From assembly GCA_010093605.1 (NCBI GenBank), contig MU004189.1, positions 1,309,834 through 1,373,833 of the forward strand: a DNA stretch of 64,000 nt. The letters are read 5' to 3'. The notes beneath the pieces were generated by a model. That model saw only the letters and a program-made list of their open reading frames with translations. It ran no database searches and was not told where the DNA came from. The translations under genes were made by a program, and so were the position numbers. Source of the DNA: Lophium mytilinum (lineage: Eukaryota). Shown here one piece after another: positions 59,859 through 64,000 of this stretch (the first letter of the stretch is position 1; each line of letters starts with the position of its first letter).

Positions 59859-60841
59859 CACCCTTCGCCGATCACGTATCAACCACTACAGCCAACGGCC
59901 AAGCTGAGACCTATAGTCACGGCACAATCTTCAGCTGCCTACCTAAGCGGGCGTCACATGCATGTAAGGGTTTATCACCTGGATCTCAAACTGTGCCGCC
60001 TCGCTCTAGTCTCTCCGTGGCGTCCGAGCTGAAAGCTGATCACGAAGATGCACTAACCTATCCGCTATTGAAGCATACACCTCTACTGGGAAGCCATGTC
60101 GTCAAACTCCGTCGTGGTGCTTGTCAGCTTACCTTAGGCGGTGACCTCTGAACGGTCTTTCTCTCAACTTCCCTGCCTTTCGCTTTCTCTTTTCGATACG
60201 CAAAGAGGGGACCTTTTCTTCTCCCGGAGTACCCAGAGAAATATCCCGCATTGCGTTATACCTCCCGATAAGCACTACTGTCTTACAACGCAGTCATAGG
60301 TGCCGGTACTTCGTTAATTCAATTCGCTGGCTAGGTCATCACCACCGCCTGCGGCTGTTGCGCCACCAAAGTTAAATGTTGTCATTCGTTTGTAGCGCAT
60401 ATCACTTCTAGTCACACTTTCTGCATCTTAGGTCAAGCTGTAACGGCACATTCCGAGAACATGGAATCTGGGGAATCTTCAGCTGCGGCCTTGACGCCCC
60501 TAGCTAACCTCTCTTTGGTTGCACTCCGTATTATCACTAGCCATGGCTTATTTGAAGATACCAACCATTGGCAATGGCGCAGTTCTGTCATACAGCTACG
60601 CTCAGCTTTTCCGGTTTTCAGCTCCACCCACTCGACACAGCATACAGCCAACTAGGAGAAAGCGCCACGCTATAGTATACCAGTTATAGTATGTCGTATG
60701 TATATAAACTCTTCAGCGTTATCTTGCGACTTCATCTAGTCTATTTGCTACTCACTTTATTTCGAAACCTCGACTGCTCCCTCAGTTCAACGACTCGTCG
60801 AATTCAAGGATTTCGGTCGCCTCATTCCAGCGTAGACCACC

Positions 60842-63008
60842 ATGGCCCCTCGTCACACTGATGCACCATGTTTTGTCCCTCCTCATCCCGACCTCCTTGC
60901 TCGTACCCGGACTGCGGCATTGAAGGTGCAAGGGACTGCGAACGAAGGCTCCGTCAAGGTAACTGCCCATGATCTCGTCGGAGGAGAGCGAAGGTTGCCG
61001 GGTATGAATGACGGGACAATCTTTCCCCCGTCTCATTTCGCGCAACGCACCTCTATCATGGCAATGAGTAATGCTGCGCTGGAAAGAACCCCTTTGAGTG
61101 GTGCCCTCAAGTGAGTCGTGACACGAATAGCGGTCATTGTGATATCTAACCCCGTGCACTCCCATAGGGTCGCAATTGTTCTTGTCGAGTTTCAAGACGT
61201 GAAAATGGCGGCTGGCGCGAAGGACCACTTTCAAGATCTCTTCTTTTCAACCGGAAAGATTCCGACCGGCTCTGTCAGCGAATACTATTCAGAAGTCTCC
61301 AACAAGAAGATCTCACTCACTGGCGAGGTTGTTGGACCCTTCACACTTAGCAAGAACTTGGCCTACTATGCCAACAATAGTACATAGTCTACGTCACCCC
61401 ACACTTAGAGGTGTTTGCTGACTTTAGGTTGAGATTACGGCCGCGTCTGGCCGGAGCCGAACTCCACGACCATGGCGAACGAATCACTAGACTTTGCCAT
61501 CGGAGATTTCGACTTCGCGCCATATGACAACGATGGCAATGGATACGTAAGACTCTGAGGCTCATGTGACTTAATTTTCCTTTGCTAAAGCAGCCCCAGG
61601 TCGATGCCTACGTTGTTGTTCATGCAGGTAGCGGTGCCGAAGAAACGGGAAATCTGAATGACATTTGGAGCGTCAAATGGACTTTGCCAACAGAGCGAGA
61701 AGCGAATGGTATCGTTTCATCTCATTCTACGTAGAATGAACTCTAACATACGTCTAGGCGTGAAGATATATGGATTCTTGACGGTCCCAGAAGATGCCAA
61801 GTGTGGTGTGTGCGCACATGAGTTGGGGCATCTACGTGAGTTCACTTGCGATTTTCCGATTGACGCAATCAACTCATCAATGATAGTGTTCGGCTGGCCT
61901 GACCTCTATGACACCGATTATAGCTCTGCAGGTATCGGAAACTGGTGTTTGATGTCTTTCGGTAGTTGGGGAGGTGGTGGGGACCGACCTGTACATCCTT
62001 CAGCATGTATGATTCGTTCCAGATTTATTACGACGATGTGTCCCTAACATTTTTGAAGGGTGCAAGCAAACGCAAGACTGGATTGACACCGTCACGGAAA
62101 CGGAGAACCACCAAATCAGCCTTCAAGACGTCAAGTCTGGCTTCAAAACCCATCGACTCTGGACTAATGGCAACTCAGCTAGCCAGGAGTACTACCTTAT
62201 TGAAAACAGGCAACTCACAGGCTTTGACGAGTCCCTACCTGGTGCCGGCCTACTCGTTTGGCACATCGACGATGCCGTGTCCTCCAACACAGACGAAAAC
62301 CATCCCAAGGTCAAGATCATGCAAGCCGACGGGCTCGATCAGCTCAAGGCCAACTTCGGCCGTGGAGACGCCGGCGATGTGTTCCCTGGCCTCGCCAACA
62401 ACCCTACATTCAACACTACATCCAACCCGAACAGCAAAGCGTATGCTGGAAACGATACTTATGTCTCCGTGACAAGCATCCCCCCGCCAGCTGCTTCCAT
62501 CACGTTCAACATCACCGTCAAGCCCATAGATCAACCCCCTACGGGCGACTTCGACCCAAAGAAATGGTACCGCCTCAAAAACACCTTCCAGCCCCAGACC
62601 GACTCCCTCGACGTCATCAACGACAACGGTTCTAACAGTACCGGACTCCTCCAAATGGCTCGCGATGGCAATTTCAGTGGCCAGTTCTGGCAGATTAAGT
62701 CCAACAGCGACGGCACCTACGCCCTTCGCACCCTCTTCCTCGGCCCAGATCGCCAGCTCGATGTTTACAGCAACGATAAGCTGACGCCAGTTCTTGATAA
62801 AGCCGGCTTCTTCACAGGCCAGTTCTGGATTATCAAGCCTTGGGGCGATGGCACATGGCATTTGGAGAATGCGTACGGTGGGCCGTTTCTGTACCTGGAT
62901 ACTTTGGAGGGTGGGCCGAAGGTTGCGATGAATCAGGCGAATACGGGGAGGCCGACGCAGAGGTGGACGATTACGCCGATTCGGGATATCACTGAAAGTG
63001 GATTTTGA
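60842..63008 (+). CDS. M6-family (immune inhibitor A-like) zinc metalloprotease with C-terminal ricin-B lectin domain
   Basis: VAIVLVEFQD, GSVSEYYSEVS, DFAPYDNDGNGY|VDAYVVVHAGSGAE, zinc motif AHELGH|VFGWPDLYD, WCLMSFGSW and EYYLIENRQ. QxW repeats GQFWQI, GQFWII and TQRWTI. About six GT-AG introns. Confidence 0.9.
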
Positions 63009-63353
63009 TTGAATGTGGAAAGCCTGGAGTTTTGAAAGGCCTTTCTAGCTCTTTCCCAATATCATTAGTTCGAACATACGAGAAAAGGCAAGCAAATAAG
63101 GTTTTATGAGGTAGTATGAGTGCACAGTGCTGCACATTGGGACGTTCAAACTGGTTGACCTTCAGTCGCAGGTACACAAGGTTCTCGAGATTTATTCGTT
63201 TAGGGTTTTTGTACAAGTAATTCAAGTAATTCAACTCTCACTGGATCTTGCAACGGTTGATGAACAATGATAACATTATCATTGAGTTGTAGGTAATAGC
63301 AGGACTATACGAACGCTGGGAACCCCTACAGCCCCTTGGAGTGCCTACCAAAT

Positions 63354-64000
63354 CTACCCTTTTCTCAACATCTTTTCAGGAGGCGGAGGGTCTTCCTTTG
63401 GTGGCTGCAGCGCTTTGATGACACACTCCTCCCAAATTTTGCCCTCTAGCACGTACAGAGCCTCGAAAGTTTGCTCAGCAAATGCTGGGTAGGGCCCGAT
63501 AGCGCGAATTGAATTTTCGTATGTCGTCCGAATATACCGTATTGTGTCAGAAAGCCATGCTCGAGCCTCAATCTCCACCATGGCAAAGTAGTCAGGGAAC
63601 CATTCGTCCCAATGGGCTACTACGCCGTCAGCTTCGGGTACGTTCTCCTCCAGAAGCACCAGTCGGTTTCGAATATCATCGCGAACGTTGAGGAACCTCT
63701 CTGATGCGGCGTCGTCATTAAGGTAATTGAAGACCCCTATTGTCTATTTAATGTAGAGTTAGCGATGCGTTTTCTTCGGTAGCTTCTGCTGCGCACTCAC
63801 CCCTCTCAAAGTTTGGAGCAAGAGCTCATGGGAAGTTTGATTTCCTGCCATGGCCTCCCTAGTGGTCCTCCGTAATACGTCCACGTGCATTGGGTCGTTT
63901 AGGGCGAATACTGCCCCCTTATAGTTGTTGATAAGCCGTGCAGTGGGTATGAAATTTGCTGCGTTGAATCGTGTGCCAAACGCTTCCCAGACACGCTGCG
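63354..64000 (-). CDS. 3' end of a gene continuing beyond the window; resembles the C-terminal region of large fungal GH18 chitinase-associated proteins
   Basis: Spliced frame QRVWEAFGTRFNAANF...INNYKGAVFALNDPM...LRG|TIGVFNYLNDD...WDEWFPDYF...AWL, with an intron at ~63748..63800. The family is assigned from recalled motifs only. Confidence 0.5.

Noticed and set aside
48146..60841. The many 60-155 aa ORFs in the gene desert; centromere interpretation
   Set aside because: The ORFs show no recognisable motifs, consistent strand or splice-joinable frames and arise from repeat sequence. The region lacks the AT-rich RIP-ed TE character typical of filamentous ascomycete centromeres.
1..64000. tRNA/rRNA genes
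   Set aside because: Isolated GTTCGA-like words (e.g. ~42951, ~51151) lack cloverleaf context and no rRNA-like sequence was recognised. A covariance-model scan would be needed to exclude them fully.

Overview
Intron-containing DNA from a filamentous ascomycete (Pezizomycotina), judged from short GT-AG introns with CTRAY branch points, a Zn2Cys6 regulator, Pil1-family and Sec24 genes, and RIP-like TE scars. About 17 intact genes, several pseudogene or premature-stop candidates and two small non-autonomous TIR elements are visible. The best candidate for an undescribed system is a gene logic that occurs twice. In each case an intact Ser/Thr kinase fused to a repeat domain sits beside a protein made of a cell-death-type effector domain plus a catalytically dead kinase-like domain. 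Module 1 (5.9-10.5 kb) is a kinase-WD40 gene head-to-head with a HeLo-like/pseudokinase gene, an MLKL-like architecture. Module 2 (23.2-32.3 kb) is kinase-Sel1-ankyrin-TM plus a DUF6594 membrane protein plus a caspase-like/pseudokinase, bracketed by diverged ~190-bp direct repeats. A 12.7-kb gene desert (48.1-60.8 kb) holds a ~6-kb degenerate ~140-bp array in which conserved boxes alternate with variable spacers, a ~110-bp array and a CAC-ended MITE with a 5-bp TSD. All domain calls come from motif recognition by eye, not database searches, and the exon models are manual.
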